A DNA stretch of 64,000 nt, from contig MU006092.1 in NCBI GenBank assembly GCA_010093705.1, forward strand, positions 1,578,111 to 1,642,110, written 5' to 3'. The stretch is from Patellaria atrata CBS 101060. Lineage: Eukaryota. The position numbers and the translations under genes are program-made. The notes beneath the pieces are model-generated. The model saw nothing but the letters and a program-made list of their open reading frames with translations. It was not told the DNA's origin and ran no database searches. Below, piece by piece: positions 1 to 11,097 of the stretch; position 1 is the stretch's first letter, and every line of letters starts with the position of its first letter.

Positions 1-1547
1 GTTGAGGGGGAACTAGACGCAATGCTTCGTGAATAACTCCGTTGAGATGCGGAAGTTGAGCAAGTGCGTTCGCATCAGTAACATCAACGTCTTTGATTTC
101 ATCATAAACCTTTTCCGCATCTTTTTGGTGCTTGGCCAAGAAGTACCAGGTGCTGATGAGAGTTGCACGTGCGGTATCACTATCATCGGGCGCATAACCG
201 TTAGTTATAATAATTCTTATTTGAACCTCTTATATCTTACCTGCCGGCCACCACAACTGTTACGGAATTACCGCTTAGAAGCGCTTGACGACTGGCGAGG
301 GTATCGGCTGAAGTTGGCTTATTATACTCATCAATGAACCAAGATGCAATGTTTGTATCCTTGACAGTTTTCTGGTACTTGTCGTCAGTAAGGGACTTCT
401 CATCTAAGGTGCGGTATGACCGACCTTCATCCGCTTCTCCATCTGCTCTTCGCAGAACGCGATCATTCCCAGGAAATCTTTCACTTTTCCTAGCCATGGG
501 AAAAAGGCAAATGCGAACCGAACGATCCAGGGGATATCATTAATAGGAGCAAGCAAAGAAAGAGCTTGGTGTTGGCGCCACATGGCCGGATGCCATTTGT
601 TCGACCTCATCATACCAAAATCTTCACCAAATGTAACTTCTCCCATGGCATCGAAGGAGTACCAAGACATGATATCATTCACATTGACCGGTTCAGCTCC
701 ATAGGAAGCGACACGGTCACCTAGCTTTTCGGTCAATCGTGCGAGCCTTGGAGCATAATCATTGACAGCTGACAGTTTCTGTATCAGCTACCCGCATTAC
801 CAACCCAAGATTCGTGGCGTACCTTTTGTGGACACTGATTGACTCCATATCTTGCGCCTAATCTTGTGGTGTTCTTCATTTCGCGTAAAGATGGATGAAG
901 TGCGTGGCTGCAATATATCATACCATCCATCTTTGTACGTCTTGTTCTTTGGACCGTCGAGGATTTCTACTGCTCCGGTATGGAACACAGTAATCTCATT
1001 AGGGCCTAATGATTATCAGCCACATTCTGTTTGGTATTGGGGGTAACACCAAGCCCTATGAAGCGATCGAGCTAGCTGGACGACTCGTCATGCTGTTCAC
1101 TTGAACATACACCGACAAACCCTTGAGGATTGGGGAATATTTACCTGTACGAACGAAACTACCATACTCCTCGTGTATTCTTGTCATAAGGAGATAATTG
1201 GTGGAGTTCCGATTATGGAAGATTTGCCAAAACTTCGTGACAGCCGCAAGCTTTGGTCCAGGGAAATGACGAAGTCTATGAAAGAAGAGTCGATATATAG
1301 TCATACTCGAGAACAATCCGGCCAGATAGGATGCGAACATCAGTCCAGTAGTGTGGAGCTGCCATCCTGTTCCACCAGATGGGGAGACTTTCGTTACTAG
1401 AATCCACCAAATGCTACACAGGAGCGTGATATGGCCGAAGACGATTGGCTTTGTGCGCATGTGCCATTCCCCATGGATAAACAAGCCTATATGCGCAAGA
1501 ACACCAAACGCGGACGATCCCGCGAACAATATGACTGAAGACAACAT
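1..1547 (-). CDS. Cytochrome P450 monooxygenase, 3' end beyond window edge (exons approx. 1547-1145, 1005-823, 768-425, 377-241, 179-<1)
   Basis: N-terminal TM segments, then YRLFFHRLRHFPGPKLAAVTKFW; spliced junction gives VRTGPNEI; FDAMGEVTFGEDFGMM; spliced I-helix VVVAGSDTA; GT-AG introns keep frame. Confidence 0.95.
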
Positions 1548-2723
1548 TTCAAGAATTTACAACAACTTTGAAGAAGAGAGAAACCCGAGACCATAATCAA
1601 GATACTTTTGTAAGAGCTACTAGTGCTTCCGTGTAGGACAGCCAGCCAGCCGCAACTTTCCACGACCATTATTGCACCCTACTATCTTACCACTCAGACG
1701 CTCCATAAGCGAGAGTTAGAACTAGCTAAGAAGTCGATGGAAGCAACCCATGTCTTACTCGGAGCTGCCCTACAAAGTGCTCAAGGATTACTGTACTATC
1801 CGGCCCCGGTCGATTATTACAGAAAACTAAAAAATACGCAATATCCCGGAATTATCGTTTTCTGGGGGGGAAATCTTATCATGAAAGCTGAATCGCACAG
1901 GCCAAACCCTTTCTAGCGCCTACAAACACGCCGCAGCGCAGCAGTTACGGACAAATTCAACGGGTGTACAGTATCTTGCCTAAGAACGAGTACCTCAATA
2001 ATGCTCTGCATTTTTCATCTACGGTAAATTAATATTTATCTAAAACCGTGTTGCTTTCGCCACAAGTAGGACAAGGAGATGTTGAATGCCTTGCTCCATC
2101 GACCATATTCCACCGTCAACTCTGACTATTATCCCGTCTAGAAATGTCTACCACGCCACATCACCTCAGTGCAAATCAAAGGCTTCCCAAAATGACTGTA
2201 TCCTGCGAATTGCATCTCTAAAAAATGTTCTGCGTCTATAAGCTAATTCATCCCGCGCATAACTGATGCATGTCCAAATACCGCCGACCCGCGCTCAGCT
2301 AAGAACTTAGCAGCGCGGCAGTGTACAAGCTGGGTCACGGACAGCTTTCTGGAAAATAGCCTTTCCGAAACCCTGGCAAAATACCTCTGTCGGGTAGGTT
2401 GATGCTACGAAATCACTTTTGGGTACTGTTGCCGCCGAGACGTAAACTTGGTTTTCTTAAGAAATATTAGGATTGTACAGAAAGGTTTCCATTTGCTTGC
2501 CGGCTTTGAAAGGGAGCGTTGCAAAGTAGTCCGAAATCACTGTCGAAAGTCACAAAGTAGTCCAGCAATTCGGACTTCTTCTCAATTGGTGGTCAGTCTT
2601 GTTCGAACGATCGAATGTTGCTGCACTGCATATGCGACGTTTTGAAGTCAGAAATCCCACGTCCCCGGACAATGCAGTGGAACCGATCACCGCCAGCCGA
2701 TCCTGGATTCCGGGCTCCAATAT

Positions 2724-3710
2724 TTATTGAACCAAGGGCATAGTGTACAGCACAACCTGCCAGAGGCACCACAATTGCCAAGTCCGTCGGTCCATTTTCT
2801 GGTTACGCAGGTAAAGACATCTCCACGCAACATACATGCCCAAAGCCGTTGCCGGGATGCAATTGAGCCATGTCAAATGCCAAAATGAAGTACAAGCAAC
2901 GATCCAGGGTGGAATGGCGAGGGAAACGGTCCACCGAGAAGCCATATCTCCCAGAATTATCGGCGCTGAATTACGTCCGCGAACTCTATCACCTGCTTGG
3001 TCCTGAAGATCCTGCACGTGCATCGTACACATGATAACTCCACTGACAATGTAGGCCCACATATATCCTTCATTCGTAATCGTGGCCGAAGTCCCAAATG
3101 ACGCTGCAACTTTCATGGACCCTATGTTGTACACACCGAAGGCCGCAGCGATAATTGCATTTCGAGAGACGAAGTTCTCGTCACCCCCCCTGAGGTCATT
3201 GTACAACCAGGTGAGGATGAGGATCAGGGCACTCTCGACTCCGACGTCTAGAACATAGTGATTGAACGCAAGGACAAGAGGGATCGAGACGAGCAAGAGC
3301 TGCCGCATCTGATTGGTAGTCATCAACCCCATGGGGATCGGCCGCCATGGTTTATTGAGTTGGTCTTCTTTCGCTGAATCTTCGTTTCGTTGATTGGCGA
3401 GGTCGAAGATAAGGAGGTTCGTCCAGTTGAACAGAATCACCCAGGGCATCTGCTTCATGACATCGAGGAAAGTGCTTTCATTGTCGGCGATGAGACGGCT
3501 TCCAGCAAGAGCACCGCATATTCCGAAGGTTGCATTTGGCCCGACAAACGTTGGAGTATTATCGTAGGTACATCGGTAGAGTATCTCGACGCCGAGTTTC
3601 AGCTGTTGATATAAGCTTCGTCTTGCAGATTTTTGTGGAGTGATCGGTTTATGAATCGATCTATACGAGTCTGAGGTAGCAGTGGCGGTTATTGTCTGCG
3701 TCAAAGCCAT
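2724..3710 (-). CDS. UbiA-superfamily membrane protein, probable UbiA-type terpene cyclase (Fma-TC / beta-trans-bergamotene synthase type)
   Basis: Intronless 328 aa ORF with several hydrophobic helices; motifs ANQRNEDSAKEDQLNKPWRPIP, WLYNDL and VQDLQDQAGDR match the NQ..EDxxNKPxRP / YN / QDxxDxxGD pattern of fungal UbiA-type cyclases. Confidence 0.85.
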   Translation of the reverse strand: MALTQTITATATSDSYRSIHKPITPQKSARRSLYQQLKLGVEILYRCTYDNTPTFVGPNATFGICGALAGSRLIADNESTFLDVMKQMPWVILFNWTNLLIFDLANQRNEDSAKEDQLNKPWRPIPMGLMTTNQMRQLLLVSIPLVLAFNHYVLDVGVESALILILTWLYNDLRGGDENFVSRNAIIAAAFGVYNIGSMKVAASFGTSATITNEGYMWAYIVSGVIMCTMHVQDLQDQAGDRVRGRNSAPIILGDMASRWTVSLAIPPWIVACTSFWHLTWLNCIPATALGMYVAWRCLYLRNQKMDRRTWQLWCLWQVVLYTMPLVQ

Positions 3711-6551
3711 GATTTTCTTTTTCTATGGAGTAGGATTTTAGTTTTACTGACTGCAGGGCCGAATGAGGGTGTGGAGCACTAAAGGGTAAAATCCTCGATA
3801 TTGGAGGAAGATAACATCCCACAGAGACATTTTATAGCGCTGCACAGTGATGGTCCAAGCCTGGAGATTCGCAGTCAACATCAGCCTTGATTTCTCCACT
3901 TGGTCTGAATACTGCCAGACCCCTTGTCCTCCGTACCGGTCATCAAAATAAAGTATAGCCCTGCAACCTTCTGGAGTGAGCTCCCTCTCGGACCATTACT
4001 TCTCGCGTCTGGACTCCGCATCGTCGAATCAGAAGTCAAGATATGAAAATGATAGAACGATGTTAGTACATTATTTTCTATGGTGTGTAAGGTAAGCTAG
4101 ACGGACTGGCGGGCAAGGGCAGAACAGGTAACGGTTCGAATGACACTAAAAGATACTGACACTAAACTCCTAACCGTGCCCCGCTGATGAAGCGCAACAA
4201 AGCGCAAACATCCCACTCTCACGAAAGGAGACAAACATCCAGCACACCGTACGAGGAATCACAGCATGTCGTGCTCAAGTTAAGTTATCTAGTTACATCT
4301 TTTGTCTATGAACACTTCGCCTAGGAGCACAGTCAATATTTCCTTAGTACTTCAACCCGGACGAACTATCAACCAAATAGGTACTCTTTGTCGCTCAGAG
4401 TACAGAAAAAATCGAGAGATACACGATACTCCATATTGACCCCCATACTCTAACGGTGCGGACGCGCGGGATTTTGAAATCGGATCAATCTCATCCGCGG
4501 TATGACGGATGTGGCAGGCAAGTATTGTGCTTCCCTTGATGCTTTTGATATCCTTAGCAGCTCCAACTAGAACTCACTATTCGCCACGGGTGACATCTAA
4601 TGTGATGATTTCCAGCCAATCTCTCCATCAGGGTCACGCACACCTTGAAGAGCGACAGGAGAAGAGTACGAAAACGGCTGCAACGTGTCTCAAGTATCTT
4701 TAGTGAGGCCAATCCGTACCATCCGAGGTGCCCCAATAGTTGTACTAGACTGTACGGAAATAGGGGGGTTCAAGAAGAGCTGACCACATCCACGATGATG
4801 ATTTGTATCTCACCACTGCTCCACAGTACAGTAATCTGCTGTGAGTGTTGTTTGTACTACAACTACCGCATTGTGTATCGGCTGTTCCCGATCAGCAGAG
4901 GAGTAGAGGACCCCTTTGACCTACAACCTGAATCCTTCAGCCTTTCGCTAAAGGCTCTTTACCTGTGGCTCATAATTGCCAAGCTCTTCCCATGTTGGAC
5001 TCTTTGGACGGTAAATTATCGAACTTGGCCCTACGATCCAAATAGTCTCCCGCTCAGAATTTTCCAGTTCTCCAAGTCCTGCAACATGCGCAATCATTGC
5101 CCATTGAGGGTCGACTAAGCACCCAAACCAGAGTGGCAGCTGATGGGCTTAACTGCAACAAGTCAATGTAACAGAAACATACATTTCTCTTTGTCCATAT
5201 TTCTAATTCCAGTCTTCACCATCAGTGATGGCGGGATGCAACGATCATGCGAGACTGAGTTGATGTTATCAACCAACTCCGGCTTGCCGTCCCGCAACTC
5301 GAGACAAACTTCCTTTCATAAACGCCACGGTTAACGCAAGAATTCACGATCGATCGCTTGTGGAACTCCAGCGCTGCGAAACCGAGAGATTGGCCAATGC
5401 AGGCGTTCAACTAAACTGTATCGACTTGACCGTATCGAGCAGAAGGAAGCAACATCGCACACTCACAGAGAAGAATTTGCAAGCAATATCTTTGTCTAGC
5501 ACTGCAATAATCTATTTTGATCGGACCGATGTAGGTCGCACAATTATCAAGAAACCGTTGAAGCAGGGTGGTACATGTACCTGAGCGGCGAACCGAACAA
5601 ATAATGCAAAATTTAGAGTAGAAAAGCGAAAGATTGACAAACTTCCACCTTCCTGTGTGGAGGGATATGGTAGTGGCGTAACTAAGCATCTTGAATGATC
5701 CGGCTAGGACGAGATAAGATCTACTGGATTCATCCTAGCGAATCGCAGGTGTCATACATAGCATTCATCACACGCCACCTTCATATCTCTGAGTCGCTCT
5801 CTAAGCATCGAGCTACTGCAGGAGAGTGCGCAACATAGCCAAATCTCCCTAACACGGGCCGGCGCGGGCACACCATTTCGTGACTCCCGTCCCTAATTCT
5901 GGGTCTGTTCTGGATGTGTTTTGGCTGAAGAGGGCTTGCTGGTATCACTCAGTCCCACAGGTCCAGAGTTCCACAGTCTCCCCTTATGCCATCAGTCCCG
6001 TTTTGTTTCACACCCTTGTCCATTTTCTCTGATGCTGGTCGACTTAACGGTCTTGACGTTGAGTATAATATCTTGCTTTCACATGCGATCTGCGCTTGCT
6101 ATATTGCATAGGCGAAATGATATTCCCTATTTTGCCATACTCTTATACAGTAGCCGTTTCAATGCAATCCTAAACTCAAAGTCAGATATCAAGGCAGATT
6201 CACAGAAAGGAAGGTCGAGGGGTTCCTGGTTCCGTTGTTCAACAGTGGTAGACACGATTGGTTGTGCAAATCACACAAGTGTTACCGGCCTGATAAGAAG
6301 AATTTGCGAAAATATAGCAAGACTATGTTGGATATCATACAAGGACTAGAAAATGCAGTGCCCCTTTTGCTTGCAAATGCTAGGAAACGGACATACCTCG
6401 GAACGCATGTGGCTCCGGATGCTATTAAGATAACGCCATTATAGGATTATTTCGCCCGACCGCCGGACTCCGAATCATCAATCACCCAAAGCACACGCCA
6501 GCCTCCTCATTACCAACCTGAGGTCTATGTACAAAGCTCATAAATCACACG

Positions 6552-7879
6552 TCATGAGAAACCACGCGTGTGCTTTTGTATCTGTTCAAAATTTTCGATG
6601 TCCTCGACACTGATTTCGACGTCACGCTGGAAGCCGATGCCATTCTCGTGCATCGACCTCCTGGGCGTGCCTGCTTCGATTTTGGCGGTGTGCTGACCCT
6701 CGATAAGCTCTACCGGAAACTCTAACGATTCGTCGTCCAGGCGGTTGAACTTATCTCGGTATATGTCGGGGCCGTTGCTGCCAAAGGTACGCGACATATA
6801 CTTGTTCGACCTCGGGTGTGACGGCTTCTTTGAGGATCGGGAGCTGAAAAAGTATGTCTTCACTCTAGGCATGATGTAGCGTGTATACAATGGTGCGAGC
6901 GTCGGTAGGTTGGCGGCCATGATTCCGAGCCACAGTTCGAGATTACTCTGAAGAGAGATGTAATACAGGTTGTAGTTGAAGTCCGTATCGTGTCTCGTCT
7001 GGTAGGTAAACACTATCCGCCAAACCATGATTGCAACGATTCTGCAAGTCTGTTAGTCTCTTATCTTCTTATCAGCTCAATATCGAAGCATCACATACAT
7101 CAGACCAATGCTAAACATTCCGCTCACGAAAAACTTTTTTCTGGTCGGCATCTGCAGTTTCCAAACCATGGGGATTGGGAAGCAAACAACCATCAAATCC
7201 AAGAACATATTCGTGGCCACAGTTCCATATTCCAGGTTGATGAGCGGTCCACAATTCGCAGCATTATACGCGGGGTCAAGACTCCAGAAAGCGTCGATCG
7301 GTTGGCAATTCGTCAAACCGACGGGAATGTAAATGATTGGAAACAGAGCGATGAATCCCATAGCGATGTAAGTTACTTGTCGAAACCGTCTTGTCGTAAA
7401 TATCTGTGTATACAACCACATAACTGCTAATTTACATAGAGTTGTTGCAAGTGTCCAGGTTACGATTGCGGACAACAGCAGCTATTTTTTTTTAAAAAAA
7501 AAAAATCAGCACCAAACTAAGAGACGTTATGCGATAATCTATTCTACGGACCTTCAGTTGTGCTTGAATCTCATGATGCTCCATAGTGGCCAAGTGGGCA
7601 CCGAGTCCATGAGAAATACCTTCGGACAAAGTCAGTCACTGATGTTTTGATATTTGCTACAGTTTGTAAGATATCAATTCGGTTTAACATACCCCAGAGT
7701 GCTGCACCCTCCATAGCCAAGTGACAACACCAAGCAGCAGCGATTAGATAGTCGTCAACTCTAGCTGCCCGCTTCTGAATGAACGCAGACCATATCCGAA
7801 GCACCATTGTGGTAGCTGTGAGGGTCGTGAAGACCACCATCCAGACGATGAGCTTCCATCCTCTATCGCTGACCGTCAT
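6552..7879 (-). CDS. PTH11-like (fungal rhodopsin-domain) integral membrane protein (exons approx. 7879-7693, 7619-7552, 7481-7099, 7041-6552)
   Basis: LRIWS..DDYLI; CKLAVMWLYTQIF; CQPIDAFW; DLMVVCFPIPMVWKLQMPTRKK; ELWLGIMAANLPTL; GT-AG introns keep frame. Confidence 0.9.
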
Positions 7880-9300
7880 TATTGCTGTTTGTAGGTGGTG
7901 ATAATTTCTTAGAGGTCAGCAGCAGTTCTGCGGCACAGTACATGGAGACAGCCTCTACTATATCGTCCCCAAAAAGGCGGCGATTATTTGACACCTTCAG
8001 CGCCATTTATTTTGGGCCGCGTGCTGGTATGCCGGTAGGGCCAAGCTACGGACTTTCCCAAGCTCGGGAATCCAATGCAAGATAGATGAACTGACCAATA
8101 AGAGGGCCTAAATGGAGCATAAAGACCAGGACGGGATGTTCGTCTATGCATCTGTACTGCACTCCCCGAGAGGGTACAGGGCTGACTTGCGAGTGCACAC
8201 CACGCTATGTCAGTGAAATCTCATGGGCTTTGGTAGGACTTGGAAGGTCGTACTGCACGTAGTCCCAGCAGCCTAAACGCATTACAGTTTCTCGTACATC
8301 TGGAGGCGTTGCTTTCATCCCGGTTCTATGGTGTTTGCCCCCTCCTTAATATATACCCTCCCAAGATGCACCATGGTCATGGCCGTCTGTACACGATCTG
8401 TGCACCCTTCTGTACTTCATCCTTTAAAGAGATCTTACCATGGGCGTGGCTCCTGCTGACGTTGGCGACTTCGATCTGCCATTGCTCACAAACCCTATCG
8501 GCCCATGATAGCTGAAAAAGACCGTACAATGGGTTCAACTCTTTGTAAGCTGCCAAATAATATAATCATATTAAAGTTAAGATGGGGGATGAAGACTTCG
8601 CTTTGCAGATATGAAGTAATAGCAACGCTAATAATTCAGTCACAGGAGGTTCTTGAAATATTCTGTACATTCGGGTACTCCGTACACGGTCGTTCTCCGG
8701 AGTCTTGGCAGCGGGTGAATCAAGGGACGTGCGTCGCCCAGCCACGCTAACCTATTTAAAGCTAGACTCCTAGGAGTAACTCACAATCACACCGCAGCAA
8801 CAACCTGTCCCTTCTTTTCCCTTTCTCCACAACATGCTACACCTATAGCAGAAACTCGACGCCGCCGCCACGTCCTTTGTACCTTTCTACCTGTCGTTAG
8901 CACTATCGATTCAAGTTCTCGTCAAGAAGAAACAGGAGGGACATCTCCCTATCTGGAAATCCGGATTCGGCATTGTTTGTTGGGAACTTCCATCCTTCAA
9001 TTTACTTCAGTCACAGTAGAATCGCCGAATCTCTCACTCCTGCTTTGACCATCTCGGCCACTTCTTAGATTGAACTACAAAAAAACATATCCGCGCTGCC
9101 CGAGCGTCCCGACGCACAGGCAGCCTACAGGTACTACCCTTTCTTCAAGGACCTTGTACCTGCACAGTTATTAAGCTGGCCGTTAGCTGCCCCACGTGGG
9201 TGGCGTCTTTGATCCTTCAGCATCTTTTGTTGTGTTTTTATATGCTTGGAGTCCAAGTAGAGCACAACTCTCTCAATTTTTCAATCACACACTAGCAATC

Positions 9301-11097
9301 ATGGGTCATTTCTTTACTCTATCTTCTGTTCTTCTCCTTCCTTTCTTGGTTTCTTCTCTTTCCGAGAAGGATTCTTCTCCACAAGTCGTACTTGACCAAC
9401 CTGATGATCCGACTCCATGCCGTGTGTTCCCAGGGGACAACCTTTGGCCAAAACGATCCGAATGGCAAGAGTTCAATCGAACTTTAGGAGGTAAACTTAT
9501 TGCAACAGTCCCTCTTGCAGCTCCTTGCCATGACAGTGAGTTTGGACCATATGATGAAGAAAAATGCTCCGCGTTAAGGGACGTGTGGTTTCTACCAGGG
9601 ACGCATCTCCATTCCCCCGGATCGGTGATGGCGCCTTTTTTTACAAACAACAGCTGCAACCCTTTCCTTCCTCCCGAGGCTCCGTGCACTCTGGGCGGAC
9701 TTGTCAGCTATTCAGTCAATGCTACTACTGCGGCTGATTATCAGGAGACCATCAAATTCACTCGTCACCACAACATCCGTCTTGTGATTAAGAATACTGG
9801 TCATGACTATAACGGCAAATCAACAGGTGCTGGTGCAGTTGCTCTTTGGACACAGCATCTCAAACGAATTGATCTTGTCAACTATCACAGTGCTCACTAT
9901 AATGGCAAAGCACTCAAGATGGATGCAGGTGTACTCGTTGGTGAAGCCTATGAGTTTGCCGAAAACCATGATATCCTCGTCGTTGGCGGCAATGGCGCTA
10001 CTGTTGGTATGGTAGGTGGGTTTATCCAAGGCGGAGGCCATGGTCCTCTAGCCTCCAACTTCGGTCTGGCTGCCGACCAGGTGCTCGAGTGGGAGGTAGT
10101 CACTGGCGCTGGGGATTACCTTGTTGCAAGTCCTGATAGGAACTCGGATCTGTACTGGGCTCTCCGTGGAGGTGGAGGAGGGACGTTTGCCGCAGTGCTG
10201 TCGGCCACAGTCAAAACCTATCCAGCAAAGAAAGCTTCAGCAGCCACACTATCTTTCCCAAACCTGGGCACCAATGCAGACCAGTTCTACGAAGCCGTTG
10301 AAGTGTTTGTTAAGGGACTTCCAGACCTCGTCGATGCCGGCGTTGTTGCTAATATGGTTATCCTGCCTAACGCGTTTGCGATGCTACCAGCTTCAGCTAC
10401 AGGAGTTACTAAAGAACGACTCGATAAACTTCTTCAGCCTACCATTGACAAGCTCAAAGAAAATGAAATTCCACACCTTTACCAGTCAGAACAGTTCGAT
10501 TCATTCTATTCCAGCTTCAAGGCGATGAGCCAACAGTGGAACGTTTCAGACGCACAGCTTGGTGGCCGTCTGATTCCACGTTCCATTGTTGCGGAGGATC
10601 CAGCTGGATTCACGCGAACAATCCGGAAAATTTCCGAACTTGGTGCTATTTTCGTTGGAGTGTCACTCAACGTCGCACATGGTGTTAAGGATACCAGTGA
10701 AGTAGCTGCTCATCCATTCTGGCGTGAGACTATCATGAACGCGGTACTCGGTGTGCCCTACAACTATACCGACTGGGATACCAACATTGCAATGCGCGCC
10801 CACCTCACCCAGACGCTGCTACCTGAACTAGAGAAGCTAACACCGGATGGAGGCGCTATTTACTTATCGGAATCGGATCCGCAGACGAAGGAGTTCAGGG
10901 AACCATTCTACGGGTCACACTACGACGAGCTAGAGAAAGTCAAGACCAAGTATGATCCCGCAGATATATTCTATGCCTTGGGAGCCGTTGGCAGCGACCG
11001 ATGGGTCGAAGGGCCCGACGGCAGATTATGCAAGAGCGGCCCTGTGGAACCGGCATCATCGAAAGCTTCTAGTGTAGAACAACATGATGAATTGTAA
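9301..11097 (+). CDS. FAD-linked oxidoreductase (BBE-like / VAO-PCMH family) with signal peptide and C-terminal HDEL
   Basis: ATG at 9301 begins a hydrophobic signal peptide; CRVFPGDNLWP; IRLVIKNTGHDYNGKS; GFIQGGGHGPL; LYWALRGGGGG; BBE tail FYGSHYDELEKVKTKYDP; ends VEQHDEL*. Confidence 0.95.
   Translation: MGHFFTLSSVLLLPFLVSSLSEKDSSPQVVLDQPDDPTPCRVFPGDNLWPKRSEWQEFNRTLGGKLIATVPLAAPCHDSEFGPYDEEKCSALRDVWFLPGTHLHSPGSVMAPFFTNNSCNPFLPPEAPCTLGGLVSYSVNATTAADYQETIKFTRHHNIRLVIKNTGHDYNGKSTGAGAVALWTQHLKRIDLVNYHSAHYNGKALKMDAGVLVGEAYEFAENHDILVVGGNGATVGMVGGFIQGGGHGPLASNFGLAADQVLEWEVVTGAGDYLVASPDRNSDLYWALRGGGGGTFAAVLSATVKTYPAKKASAATLSFPNLGTNADQFYEAVEVFVKGLPDLVDAGVVANMVILPNAFAMLPASATGVTKERLDKLLQPTIDKLKENEIPHLYQSEQFDSFYSSFKAMSQQWNVSDAQLGGRLIPRSIVAEDPAGFTRTIRKISELGAIFVGVSLNVAHGVKDTSEVAAHPFWRETIMNAVLGVPYNYTDWDTNIAMRAHLTQTLLPELEKLTPDGGAIYLSESDPQTKEFREPFYGSHYDELEKVKTKYDPADIFYALGAVGSDRWVEGPDGRLCKSGPVEPASSKASSVEQHDEL

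Noticed and set aside
1840..4500. CGG-containing words (for example acggac) as shared Zn2Cys6 sites in cluster promoters
   Set aside because: Too short, and no consistent spacing to distinguish them from chance
5921..6349. 142 aa ORF between the cyclase and the PTH11-like gene
   Set aside because: TTG start, no motifs and no supporting splice structure
9196..9300. GTG-initiated N-terminal extension of the BBE-like oxidase
   Set aside because: Eukaryotic gene; the ATG at 9301 directly starts a signal peptide
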